Origin: Candidatus Hydrogenedens sp.
GTDB taxonomy: Bacteria > Hydrogenedentota > Hydrogenedentia > Hydrogenedentales > Hydrogenedentaceae
Direction: 5' to 3'
NCBI GenBank assembly: GCA_049968235.1
Contig: JBMFRC010000006.1
Coordinates: 32,001-96,000 of the forward strand
DNA: 64,000 bases
The notes below the pieces were generated by a model. It saw only the letters and a program-made list of their open reading frames with translations. It did no database searches and was not told the origin of the DNA. A program made the translations under genes and the position numbers. Below, piece after piece: positions 9,217 through 19,463 of the stretch (position 1 is its first letter; every line of letters starts with the position of its first letter).

Positions 9217-10801
9217 TCGATTTTTCTCCTGTTGTCTGTTGTATTTCAGTTTTTTGTTGTTTCTTTCTTAACAAGGCACATGTTTTTCTCATAACAATAA
9301 GATTCGTCTTGTTATTATCAAGAGCTTCTTCCAACGTTTTTTTGAGAACAGAAACACGATCAGTAACAACTACATTTTCCACTCCGATGGCTTTTGCAAT
9401 ATCTTCAATTACTACTTGATTCGTTGGTTCATGATTTAATTTTTTACCCGTGCCTGGATGCTCTTGCATACCTGTCATTGCAGTTGTATTATTGTCAAGG
9501 ACAATAATGATATGTCCTGTTGGAGGTGGATTGTAAACCATTTCCACGACACCGGGCAAACCACTATGGATAAAAGTGCTGTCTCCGATTACACTAACCA
9601 CTTTCTTTGCTTCTTCAGGTGGCAATGAGTGTCTTAAACCAAGCCCAACGGTAATACTGGCACCCATACAAACACACGAGTCCATAGTCTGAAAAGGAGG
9701 CAATACACTTAAAGTATAACAACCGATATCACCTGTAACGATACAGTTCATTTTCCCTAACAAAGTAAAGGTTGCTCTATGTGGACAACCATCACATAAT
9801 CTTGGTGGTCTTTCTCGTTTTATCGGTGGTTCTGGCGAAATATCCCCTTTCAGAATTCGGCGTACCCTATTAACATTCAGTTCTCCAAAACGATACATTT
9901 CTGGCTTTTCTTCCACAGGGATACCATAATATCGACAATTTTCTACTAAAAATGGGTCTCCTTCCTCGATGACTATGCACCTTTTATGTTTTTGCACAAA
10001 ATGACGAACTTTCTCTTCGGGAAATGGATAACACATCCCTATTTTCAAAACAGAAGCATTCGGTTCCGCTTCCAGAACATGGAGATATGAGACACCGGAG
10101 GTTATAATTCCTAACTCTTCAGATTTAATTTCTTCTTTATTAAGTTTACAGATTTCATTCCATTTCTTTATTTGTGCCAATTTTTCTCTTAACTTTCTAT
10201 GTGCCGGTCTTGCATAACCAGGAATCATAACCCTCCCCGGTTTATCTGGATTATATTTAACAGGTAATACGGGGCTGTATTTCTTTTCTTCATATTCCAC
10301 AATAGACATCGAATGACATACTCTTGTAGTGGGTCTGAGTATAACAGGCAACTTCCATTCCTTTGAAAGACGAACTGCTTCAAAAAAGAAATCATAACAT
10401 TCTTGACTATCACATGGTTCCAACATCATTAGCCCTGCAGAACGGGCATAATTGCGGTTATCCTGTTCATTCTGACTGGAATGCATATCAGGGTCATCAG
10501 CAGAGATAATAACAAGAGCACCTTCAACACCTGTATAAGCCACAGTAAATAATGGGTCCGATGCTACATTTAGACCCACATGTTTCATTGTCACCAAAGC
10601 ATGTCCGCCGGCAAAAGCAACGCCAATACCCACTTCGAGAGCTACTTTTTCATTTGGACACCACTGTGCCTTACCACCATACTCTGAAAAATACTCTAAA
10701 ATCTCTGTTGAAGGTGTTCCAGGATAACCCGTCCCCAAAGTAATCCCGGAATGAATCCCTGCTAATGCAATCGCCTCATTTCCAAACATTAATTTTTTCA
10801 T
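9194..10801 (-). CDS. iorA: Indolepyruvate:ferredoxin oxidoreductase alpha subunit (TPP-dependent)
   Basis: N-terminus LMFGNEAIALAG...GYPGTPSTEI, TPP-binding GDIGCY..., and C-terminal CDGCPHR. Start revised to the ATG (MKKLMFG) with a GGGAG RBS; the track TTG start is 7 codons upstream. Confidence 0.85.
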   Translation of the reverse strand: MKKLMFGNEAIALAGIHSGITLGTGYPGTPSTEILEYFSEYGGKAQWCPNEKVALEVGIGVAFAGGHALVTMKHVGLNVASDPLFTVAYTGVEGALVIISADDPDMHSSQNEQDNRNYARSAGLMMLEPCDSQECYDFFFEAVRLSKEWKLPVILRPTTRVCHSMSIVEYEEKKYSPVLPVKYNPDKPGRVMIPGYARPAHRKLREKLAQIKKWNEICKLNKEEIKSEELGIITSGVSYLHVLEAEPNASVLKIGMCYPFPEEKVRHFVQKHKRCIVIEEGDPFLVENCRYYGIPVEEKPEMYRFGELNVNRVRRILKGDISPEPPIKRERPPRLCDGCPHRATFTLLGKMNCIVTGDIGCYTLSVLPPFQTMDSCVCMGASITVGLGLRHSLPPEEAKKVVSVIGDSTFIHSGLPGVVEMVYNPPPTGHIIIVLDNNTTAMTGMQEHPGTGKKLNHEPTNQVVIEDIAKAIGVENVVVTDRVSVLKKTLEEALDNNKTNLIVMRKTCALLRKKQQKTEIQQTTGEKSNVATGSN

Positions 10802-10905
10802 AACACTACTCCCAAAAATCAATTAAAATAACAAATAATACAATAAAGGGGGTATTATAATAATTTCCATTCATATTATTCCATTAGAAATCCATATAAA
10901 TTGTA

Positions 10906-12324
10906 CTACACAACAAATAAGTTCTTTGTCATTCGATAAAGATAAATAGGAACATATCTTATAAGTGATAAAGGTCGGGGATAAATTTTTAGTAATCTGT
11001 AAATTCTATTTGGCCTTAAAAAGAACTGTCTATTTGCTTTTCGCTGGTAATAGAAAAGAACATCATCAGGTAAGTCAGTAAGATTAATTCTCACACCAGC
11101 AAAATCTATGTTCATATAATCAAAATTCTTCAATTTTTCCGGTTTATTTTGTTTAAGCCACTCAAATAATGGTGTTCCTGGGAAAGGTACCACCGTAAAA
11201 AAACTTGCAGTATGTAACATCGAATTTGTTGCAATATCTATTGTCATTTGAAGTTCTTCTTCTGTTTCTGTCGGGAAACCCATCATACAAAAGCCATTAG
11301 CATATACCCCTTTATTGACCATTATTTCTATTCCTTTTATAAATTTTGGAATATCAAGATTTTTACAGGTAAACTTTTGCATTCGTGGTGAACCTGTTTC
11401 TAAAGCAAAAGAAGACATATAAGTTCCTGCGGAGCATAAAGCCTCCGCAATATCTTCTGTAACTAAATCCCCTCTAATCGCATTGGGAAATGTTAATTTA
11501 ATATTTAATCCTTTTTGTCTCACTAATTCAGAAAATTGTATTACCCTCTGTTTGTTAAAATTAAAATTATCATCAAGAAATTCAAATTCATTAACACCAT
11601 ATTTGTGGTTTAACCATTCAATTTCTTCAATAATTCGTTCAGGTGAACAAAATCGTATCTTTTTCCCAAATATAGAATGACACCACATACACTGGTATGG
11701 ACAACCTCTACTAGTAACTAAACACATATACTTTCTTGGAGGTAAAGGGGTCATAGATTGTAAACCCCAGTATTGCTGTATATTAATTAAATCGTATTCA
11801 GGAAACGGAAGTTTATCCAAATCCGGTTCAACTGGTAATAACCCCGGATTTTCTATAACTTCCTCTGTTTCATCTTTCCATATTATCCCTGAAATATTTT
11901 TAAGATTCTTTTTATGTGGATAACTTTCCACGATTTGCTTAAATGCTATTTCACCTTCTCCTGGCACCACTATATCTAAATGCCTGCAGTCTGAAAAAGC
12001 CTGTACCTTTACAGATGAAGCATGTGGACCACCTAAAACAATCCAACAATTAGGAAGTGATTCTTTTATTTTTTCAGCGATTAGGGGTATCAAACCTGCA
12101 AAAACTGTAGATGATGATAAGCCAACAATATCCGGTAAAAACTGATATATTTCTTTTGTTAGTTCTTTAGGTGTATCATTTTTTACTTTTTGATTGATTA
12201 ATTTTATTTCTACATCTTTAATTTCCCTTTTTAAATAGCCTGCAAGATACATAATTCCCATAGGTGGTGTAGCCAATGGATACATCGGTTTCCTATACCC
12301 CAGATTTATCAATACTATCTTCAT
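10906..12324 (-). CDS. Cobalamin (B12)-binding domain radical SAM protein, copy 1
   Basis: N-terminal B12-binding domain. Radical SAM cluster motif SRGCPYQCMWCHS (Cx3Cx2C). The central ~373 residues are identical to the downstream paralog. Confidence 0.85.
   Translation of the reverse strand: MKIVLINLGYRKPMYPLATPPMGIMYLAGYLKREIKDVEIKLINQKVKNDTPKELTKEIYQFLPDIVGLSSSTVFAGLIPLIAEKIKESLPNCWIVLGGPHASSVKVQAFSDCRHLDIVVPGEGEIAFKQIVESYPHKKNLKNISGIIWKDETEEVIENPGLLPVEPDLDKLPFPEYDLINIQQYWGLQSMTPLPPRKYMCLVTSRGCPYQCMWCHSIFGKKIRFCSPERIIEEIEWLNHKYGVNEFEFLDDNFNFNKQRVIQFSELVRQKGLNIKLTFPNAIRGDLVTEDIAEALCSAGTYMSSFALETGSPRMQKFTCKNLDIPKFIKGIEIMVNKGVYANGFCMMGFPTETEEELQMTIDIATNSMLHTASFFTVVPFPGTPLFEWLKQNKPEKLKNFDYMNIDFAGVRINLTDLPDDVLFYYQRKANRQFFLRPNRIYRLLKIYPRPLSLIRYVPIYLYRMTKNLFVV
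11147..12267. repeat. Direct repeat unit 1 (1121 bp), near-identical to 12731..13851 (offset 1584 bp)
   Basis: Direct comparison of the two tracts shows identity apart from rare SNPs (e.g. 11386 T vs 12970 C). The identical embedded antisense ORFs 11483..11680 and 13067..13264 corroborate this. Confidence 0.9.
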
Positions 12325-12489
12325 TTATTCCTCATAAAGTATTCAATATATTTTATAACATTCTAAATAATATATTACTTCCTGAATAATTAAAATTATA
12401 TGCTTTTTTTTATAATAGTTAAGCACCACTATTTAGAATTGCTTCTTTATATAAGGATATGGTTCTAATATTGTATTACACTTTATGAT

Positions 12490-13914
12490 TTATTTTACAA
12501 TAATTCCTTTCAATAATCGCTGTAATAGCATAGGAAAATACATAGTAAGATGTAATGGATGAGGATAAATTTTGATAATTCTATATATTCTATCAGGTTT
12601 AGAGAAAAACTTTATGTATGCTCTCCGTTGATATTTATAAAATACTTCATCTGGAAGGTCTGTTAAATTAACTTTGATACTCCCATATTCTGCATTATTG
12701 TAATTTATATTTTTAACCTTATTCGGGCGATTTTGTTTAAGCCACTCAAATAATGGTGTTCCTGGGAAAGGTACCACCGTAAAAAAACTTGCAGTATGTA
12801 ACATCGAATTTGTTGCAATATCTATTGTCATTTGAAGTTCTTCTTCTGTTTCTGTCGGGAAACCCATCATACAAAAGCCATTAGCATATACCCCTTTATT
12901 GACCATTATTTCTATTCCTTTTATAAATTTTGGAATATCAAGATTTTTACAGGTAAACTTTTGCATTCGCGGTGAACCTGTTTCTAAAGCAAAAGAAGAC
13001 ATATAAGTTCCTGCGGAGCATAAAGCCTCCGCAATATCTTCTGTAACTAAATCCCCTCTAATCGCATTGGGAAATGTTAATTTAATATTTAATCCTTTTT
13101 GTCTCACTAATTCAGAAAATTGTATTACCCTCTGTTTGTTAAAATTAAAATTATCATCAAGAAATTCAAATTCATTAACACCATATTTGTGGTTTAACCA
13201 TTCAATTTCTTCAATAATTCGTTCAGGTGAACAAAATCGTATCTTTTTCCCAAATATAGAATGACACCACATACACTGGTATGGACAACCTCTACTAGTA
13301 ACTAAACACATATACTTTCTTGGAGGTAAAGGGGTCATAGATTGTAAACCCCAGTATTGCTGTATATTAATTAAATCGTATTCAGGAAACGGAAGTTTAT
13401 CCAAATCCGGTTCAACTGGTAATAACCCCGGATTTTCTATAACTTCCTCTGTTTCATCTTTCCATATTATCCCTGAAATATTTTTAAGATTCTTTTTATG
13501 TGGATAACTTTCCACGATTTGCTTAAATGCTATTTCACCTTCTCCTGGCACCACTATATCTAAATGCCTGCAGTCTGAAAAAGCCTGTACCTTTACAGAT
13601 GAAGCATGTGGACCACCTAAAACAATCCAACAATTAGGAAGTGATTCTTTTATTTTTTCAGCGATTAGGGGTATCAAACCTGCAAAAACTGTAGATGATG
13701 ATAAGCCAACAATATCCGGTAAAAACTGATATATTTCTTTTGTTAGTTCTTTAGGTGTATCATTTTTTACTTTTTGATTGATTAATTTTATTTCTACATC
13801 TTTAATTTCCCTTTTTAAATAGCCTGCAAGATACATAATTCCCATAGGTGGAGATATAACGCGATATAGGAAAGAACTCCTTCCCATATTTACTAATATT
13901 ATCCTACTTTTCAT
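12490..13914 (-). CDS. Cobalamin (B12)-binding domain radical SAM protein, copy 2
   Basis: Same motifs as copy 1. The N-terminal ~20 and C-terminal ~80 residues diverge while the core is identical. Confidence 0.85.
   Translation of the reverse strand: MKSRIILVNMGRSSFLYRVISPPMGIMYLAGYLKREIKDVEIKLINQKVKNDTPKELTKEIYQFLPDIVGLSSSTVFAGLIPLIAEKIKESLPNCWIVLGGPHASSVKVQAFSDCRHLDIVVPGEGEIAFKQIVESYPHKKNLKNISGIIWKDETEEVIENPGLLPVEPDLDKLPFPEYDLINIQQYWGLQSMTPLPPRKYMCLVTSRGCPYQCMWCHSIFGKKIRFCSPERIIEEIEWLNHKYGVNEFEFLDDNFNFNKQRVIQFSELVRQKGLNIKLTFPNAIRGDLVTEDIAEALCSAGTYMSSFALETGSPRMQKFTCKNLDIPKFIKGIEIMVNKGVYANGFCMMGFPTETEEELQMTIDIATNSMLHTASFFTVVPFPGTPLFEWLKQNRPNKVKNINYNNAEYGSIKVNLTDLPDEVFYKYQRRAYIKFFSKPDRIYRIIKIYPHPLHLTMYFPMLLQRLLKGIIVK
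12731..13851. repeat. Direct repeat unit 2 (1121 bp), near-identical to 11147..12267
   Basis: See unit 1. Confidence 0.9.
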
Positions 13915-13956
13915 AATAGAAATAATACTCCCTTATATTTTCCTAATTTTTTACCT

Positions 13957-16032
13957 TTACCTATTTAACAATACTTCTAAACTATCTCCTAAAGGGAAAA
14001 GGCAAGATTTATTCAATTTTTTACAATAATTATATATGTAACTTTTACTCCTATATTCTATCAATGGTTTAATAAATTTTTTTAATACCTCTTTTTCTTT
14101 ATATGCTATGGTAAGGTAATGTTCACAATCATCATTTTTTTTATTCATATAACAAATAATAGATTTCAACAAATATATGTCTCCAAATCGAGGATATTTA
14201 CTCAAAAGGTAATCACACATTTTGTCTGCAATATAATAATGTCCATCTTTTATTAATCCTGAAATTGTATAAATATTAATCCACGATAATATAGGCCAGG
14301 TAGCAATATATTTTTGAAGAATATATAGGTTTTCTCTTTTCGCTTTTTCGTTGTTCGAAACAATACCTATTTCATCCAATAATTTATCATAATTAATATT
14401 GTTTGTATTTATAAGGACATCACAGGTATTTTTTCCCACATTCCTAAAATTTTTTGCAACTTGACCTATATATAAATTATATTGACCCGGGTATACTTTC
14501 CAGTATACATCCAAACTATTATTATTAATACACTCTGTCAACTTAGCAATAGGGTCAGAATTATAAATAGCATATAATGTTATTGGCTCAATAACTATCC
14601 ATATCCTATTTTTTTCGTTTTCATTTAATTTTTCTTTTATTTCTTCCATTGCTCCGAATAAAGTAAAAAAAGATTGATATTTCAGGTCATTCCTTTTTAT
14701 ATAAATCTTATTTATATCCCAGAATGTGGTTGTTCTTTGTCCCAGAATAATGTCATTTAACCCTGCATTCGCCTCTATAAACTCCGTTGCATTTTTATAA
14801 TCCGTTCTATTCTTAAATGATATAAAACTAACACATTGTCCTAAATAAACAGACATTAAAAGAATTGCAAGAAAATATGACAGTATTTTAGGATTAAATT
14901 TAAAGATAATCGCAGAAGATATGATATAAATCAATGGTAAGGCATAGTAGTTATACAAAGGATGGAAAACAGGTTTATGGGTAATAACTACAATACTTAA
15001 TAATGATATAACGGGAACAAGTAAAGATAAAGTAATAAAAACTTCTCCCCTATTTTTTATATCCTTATTTTGTTTTATTTTCCATAAAATACTTAAAATA
15101 TAAATAATTGTTGTTATCACAAAAATTCCAAGAATGAAATAATCGAGAACAAATATTTTTCTTACCAATATACTTAAAATAAGGCTATCTATATTCAGGA
15201 TATTTGTCTTCCATGCAGGGATTAATTCCTCAGATATTCCAACACTATCAAAACCGAATAATCTATAAAATAATACTTTTATTTCAGTCCCTCCTCTACT
15301 GTCTATAACATTAAATAAAAATGGAGACATTTTGATATACCAAATTATCCATGGAATAACAGATAAAATGGACAGCACAGACCACAACATTTTTTTTCTT
15401 AGTAACGGTTTTGGAAAACTAAAAAGAAGTACAGGAATTTGGAACAATGGTGTTAGAACATATATCGCATGGAACCATGGCAAAATCAAATTGGAAATGA
15501 AACTAACAAGACACCACTTCCAGTTTTCTTTCTTATGGCTAAAATACATCCACAATCCTGAAAAAGAAAGAATAGCAAAAAATTGAATAAATGCATAACA
15601 TTTCAGTTCTTGATGAAACCATATATTAAAAGGAGATAAACAGAAAAGTAAACAGGCAAGGAAAGATGCTTTTCTTCCTACCAATAATTTTCCAAGAAAA
15701 TAGGTCGTTACAATTGCTAAAACACCAAAGGTTATGGGTAATACCCTCCATAACCAATCGATTTCTGGAAATAAATTTATCCAGTAATACAGAATAAAAG
15801 CAGAGGCAGGGGATATACCATAATCAGGACTATTGATATATAAAAGTCTAAAATAATCAAGTATATTACAAAATTTCGCATTACCAATGACTACATATTC
15901 ATCAAACCAAACCGATTGTTCATTTAATTTATATAAACGAAATATAAAGGAAAGAAAAATTATAACTATAATATATAATAAATCACTTTTAGTAAATTGT
16001 TCTCTGGCATTTTTAGTTTGATTCGTTTGCAT
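13957..16032 (-). CDS. GT-C fold membrane glycosyltransferase (ArnT/PMT_2-like, GT39/GT83-type) with C-terminal soluble TPR-like domain
   Basis: About 11 TM helices. FDEY acidic motif in the first extracytoplasmic loop, as in ArnT/PMT. Soluble C-terminal ~200 aa. Paralog of the next gene. Confidence 0.65.
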   Translation of the reverse strand: MQTNQTKNAREQFTKSDLLYIIVIIFLSFIFRLYKLNEQSVWFDEYVVIGNAKFCNILDYFRLLYINSPDYGISPASAFILYYWINLFPEIDWLWRVLPITFGVLAIVTTYFLGKLLVGRKASFLACLLFCLSPFNIWFHQELKCYAFIQFFAILSFSGLWMYFSHKKENWKWCLVSFISNLILPWFHAIYVLTPLFQIPVLLFSFPKPLLRKKMLWSVLSILSVIPWIIWYIKMSPFLFNVIDSRGGTEIKVLFYRLFGFDSVGISEELIPAWKTNILNIDSLILSILVRKIFVLDYFILGIFVITTIIYILSILWKIKQNKDIKNRGEVFITLSLLVPVISLLSIVVITHKPVFHPLYNYYALPLIYIISSAIIFKFNPKILSYFLAILLMSVYLGQCVSFISFKNRTDYKNATEFIEANAGLNDIILGQRTTTFWDINKIYIKRNDLKYQSFFTLFGAMEEIKEKLNENEKNRIWIVIEPITLYAIYNSDPIAKLTECINNNSLDVYWKVYPGQYNLYIGQVAKNFRNVGKNTCDVLINTNNINYDKLLDEIGIVSNNEKAKRENLYILQKYIATWPILSWINIYTISGLIKDGHYYIADKMCDYLLSKYPRFGDIYLLKSIICYMNKKNDDCEHYLTIAYKEKEVLKKFIKPLIEYRSKSYIYNYCKKLNKSCLFPLGDSLEVLLNR

Positions 16033-16036
16033 ATCA

Positions 16037-18130
16037 TTATCTATTTTTCAAAAGAACAGATAGTATGGATTTATTCAATATATGATAGCCCTTTTGTTCT
16101 AATTCTTGAATGAGCAACACATCCTTATCTCCTATTCCAGAGATATTTCCTCCGTTCCACAAGTTTTTATACATATCCTTAAAAATATAATTATTTCTAA
16201 AAATACCCTCTATTATTTTTCGGGATTCATCTTGTTTGTGTTTAGAAAATAAAATTAATCCTTTTAATAATATTACATGATAGAATTCCGGAGATTTATT
16301 TATAAGATAATCACATATTTTCTCTGCAACATCTATATCTCCATTCTGTATCATCGAATTTATAATTAAAATATAATTATATGAATAAAAAGGTTGCCAA
16401 ATAGCGAAGTATCTTTGAAGTATTTCTTTTCTTCGTTGCTTTTCTATCTCATCGTTAACTTTCATTTGAAACTCTTCTATAAGGTTATCATAATCTATTT
16501 CGCCAAAGGGGCAATTTTGAATCTTTTCTTTATTAATATTTTTGTAAGAGTCCTTCTCTATTCTTAAAACATAGAGGTTAAACTTTCCCGGGAAGTGTTT
16601 TATATTCACATTAAAACCATGAGGAGATAAATTCTTTACTAATATAAATGTTGGATCTTTCTTATAAATCCATGTAATTAATGTTGTTTCCATTAATACC
16701 CATATTGAGTTACTAATCTTTTCTTCCTCCAGTGAAAGTGTGTCAACTACTGTATCAGCAATAGCCTGCAAAGAAAATACAGGATTTAATGAGTAGTCAA
16801 CTCTTTTTTTGTATACCTTCCATGTGTCAAAAACATTGGCTCCTAATTGTAGGTCAAGAACGATATCTCCTTTTTTCACATTCTCTTCCATATATGCTAC
16901 TGCCCTTTTATAATCGGGTCTTAAATTAAAATTTATAAAACCTAAACATTGAAAGGTAAATAAAAAAATAATCATTACTAAAAAAGTGGCTTTAATTAGA
17001 TGTTTATCCCATATAAAAATAGAATACGCAATAATAAGGTATAGAAACGCAAAAGCATGATAGAAATATAAAGGTAGAAAAAATGATTTCCCTGTAATAA
17101 CTCTCAAAGTAAAAAAAGGAAGTATAGAAAAGACAAAAGAATAAAGTAGCAAATACTTTTTTATTTCTCCACACTCTTTTCGCAAATTTGGTATATTTTT
17201 TACCAAATATAAACAGAACACAATAAAAAGAAAAATAGTCGATATAAATAATAAATAGTCAATAAATACCCATTTGTTTAATAAATTATCCCATATTGTG
17301 TTTCTAACTATTTCGACTGTATTTGTTTTCCAATACGGTAATAATTCATTAGAAAGACCAACACAATCAATTCCGAATAAACTTGTCACAATAAATTTTA
17401 TATTTAATGATTCCATTTCAGTAAGAGAAAGATTATATGCAGGTGGTTTTATCCAGAATATCCACAAAATGTAAGGAATTAAAACGGCAATATTTGCTAT
17501 TCCACATAAGATAGTGTCCCTAACTTTATTCTGTCTTGTAAACCATATCAACAAAAAAAACTGTATAAATGGAACTGCAAAATATACAGCATGGAACCAG
17601 GGAAGCAATAAATTAGATAGTGTTCCTATAAAAAACCATTTCTTACTTTTGCCACTACTAATGTAATTTAGAAAGGCAAACCATGATAGTAAAGAAAGGA
17701 ATAGTATAAAAGCATATCCTTTCAGTTCCTGGTGAATATAAATGTTAAATGGTGATAATACCATCAATAACCCTGCAAGAAAGCCAACCTTCCAGTCTTT
17801 TACCCATTTCCCAAGAAAATAAAGAAGTACTATAGACAGAACTCCAAAGCAGATAGGTAAAAGCCTCCATAGCCAGATATTATCCGGAAAAATATGTATC
17901 CAAAAATAATATAGAACTAACCCTCCCGGTGAAATCCCATATTCAGGGACATTTATAAACAGTAATTTAATATTTGTCCACAAATCACATATTTTGATAT
18001 TTGCTATATATACATATTCTTCATGCCATATAGACTGTTCTGTAATACGGTATAATCGCAAAGCAAAAGCAATAAGAATTAGAATAATTAGGAGAAATAT
18101 ATCTCTGTATTTGGAAATGTAATCATTCAA
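16037..18130 (-). CDS. GT-C fold membrane glycosyltransferase (ArnT/PMT_2-like), paralog 2
   Basis: Same architecture (WHEEY loop motif, multi-TM, soluble C-terminal domain). TTG start with GGAG RBS. A 4-nt gap to the downstream paralog suggests co-transcription. Confidence 0.65.
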   Translation of the reverse strand: MNDYISKYRDIFLLIILILIAFALRLYRITEQSIWHEEYVYIANIKICDLWTNIKLLFINVPEYGISPGGLVLYYFWIHIFPDNIWLWRLLPICFGVLSIVLLYFLGKWVKDWKVGFLAGLLMVLSPFNIYIHQELKGYAFILFLSLLSWFAFLNYISSGKSKKWFFIGTLSNLLLPWFHAVYFAVPFIQFFLLIWFTRQNKVRDTILCGIANIAVLIPYILWIFWIKPPAYNLSLTEMESLNIKFIVTSLFGIDCVGLSNELLPYWKTNTVEIVRNTIWDNLLNKWVFIDYLLFISTIFLFIVFCLYLVKNIPNLRKECGEIKKYLLLYSFVFSILPFFTLRVITGKSFFLPLYFYHAFAFLYLIIAYSIFIWDKHLIKATFLVMIIFLFTFQCLGFINFNLRPDYKRAVAYMEENVKKGDIVLDLQLGANVFDTWKVYKKRVDYSLNPVFSLQAIADTVVDTLSLEEEKISNSIWVLMETTLITWIYKKDPTFILVKNLSPHGFNVNIKHFPGKFNLYVLRIEKDSYKNINKEKIQNCPFGEIDYDNLIEEFQMKVNDEIEKQRRKEILQRYFAIWQPFYSYNYILIINSMIQNGDIDVAEKICDYLINKSPEFYHVILLKGLILFSKHKQDESRKIIEGIFRNNYIFKDMYKNLWNGGNISGIGDKDVLLIQELEQKGYHILNKSILSVLLKNR

Positions 18131-18188
18131 TTCAAAAGGACTCCTTTGTAAAAATTTATAGCATATATTGTCAAATTAAATGTATATT

Positions 18189-19463
18189 TTAACCAATTTG
18201 AGCGAGGATTTTTGCCAATCTTCTTTCTGATTGTATGGCTGAACGGACAGTATGATAGTTAATTTTCCACGCATGAGCCATGTAATCCCATAACAGATTA
18301 TTATTTTCATCAAATAAGGGGAACCATTCCCCAACTGCATGATTAATCACATAATCCATAACAAAACGATGTACATTTTCATATGCATCAAAGTATTTTT
18401 CATCACCAAATAATAAATAAGCATCTAACATAGCCACAAGTGTTTCTGCCTGTTGCCAAAATTCTTTATTCCTTTCCCGTGCAGGGCCATCATTAGGTCC
18501 TTCACAATATACACCCCCTTTTTCCCAATCAATTCCGTATTTTAAACAATGGTCAAACATCTTCTTCATTTTTTCTTTATAAGGTTCTACATCTTCTCCA
18601 ATAATATTCAATGTATGATTTAACAACCAACAAAATTCTACATTATGACCGAAACTGGTATTATTTAATGGCCTCCCTTCCGGGTCATCTGCATCACGGT
18701 CAGAACCCCAAACATTTTTAAATATGATAGCCCGTAAAGGTTTCCAGTCAAAACTGAATTGTGCCATCCCTGTTCCATATTCCGGATGAACCATTTTATC
18801 GTAAATTAGTTTAATTACATTTAAGGTGTCCTGCTTATGTTTAAATGCACCTGTTGCTTCATACAAATTTGTAAAGGCTTCCATCAAATGCATGTGGACA
18901 TCAAATGACTTTCTATCACCACCATACACCCCTGGCTTTTTAGGCGTCCAATCTTTCTCAAAAAATTCGCCAAATCCTCCATGTGCAATATCTACAGCCT
19001 GAGCCTTAATTGTTCTCCATGTTTCTTCAGCAAGTTCAAGGGCTTCTTCATCACCTGATGCCATCGCATACTCACTCAAGCAATAAATACCAAAGGATTG
19101 ACCATACATAATTTTACTTGGGTCAACCGGTGTTCCATCTTTTTCCGTTATCCATATCCAGCCTCTATATTGATTATCCCAAAAATGTTTCTTTAAGAAT
19201 TCTACGCCTTGTTCTGCTATTTTCAGGTATTTCCCATCTCCTAAATTGGCTCGATGTGCAGATGAATAAGTATAAATCATCCGTGCCTGACAAATAAGTG
19301 TTTTTTTTGTCTCGCCTGTTGGTCGCCCTTCACGGTCAAGGTATGTTAAAAAGCCACCATATTCTTCATCAACACCATGCGTTTCCCAGAATGGAAGTAG
19401 TTCATTAAATAAGTGGTTTTGCATTTCTTTCAAAAGTTTTTCCACGCGTTCTTTTGTAACCAT
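18189..19463 (-). CDS. N-acylglucosamine 2-epimerase (AGE) family protein (cellobiose 2-epimerase / sugar isomerase-like, alpha6/alpha6 barrel)
   Basis: LPFWETHGVDEEYGGF is the typical AGE-family N-terminal motif. Length 424 aa. AAGGA RBS. Confidence 0.7.
   Translation of the reverse strand: MVTKERVEKLLKEMQNHLFNELLPFWETHGVDEEYGGFLTYLDREGRPTGETKKTLICQARMIYTYSSAHRANLGDGKYLKIAEQGVEFLKKHFWDNQYRGWIWITEKDGTPVDPSKIMYGQSFGIYCLSEYAMASGDEEALELAEETWRTIKAQAVDIAHGGFGEFFEKDWTPKKPGVYGGDRKSFDVHMHLMEAFTNLYEATGAFKHKQDTLNVIKLIYDKMVHPEYGTGMAQFSFDWKPLRAIIFKNVWGSDRDADDPEGRPLNNTSFGHNVEFCWLLNHTLNIIGEDVEPYKEKMKKMFDHCLKYGIDWEKGGVYCEGPNDGPARERNKEFWQQAETLVAMLDAYLLFGDEKYFDAYENVHRFVMDYVINHAVGEWFPLFDENNNLLWDYMAHAWKINYHTVRSAIQSERRLAKILAQIG

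Noticed and set aside
11483-11680. Identical 65-aa plus-strand ORFs at 11483..11680 and 13067..13264.
   Set aside because: Their identity is a by-product of the 1.12-kb duplication inside the minus-strand radical SAM genes, not independent conserved genes.
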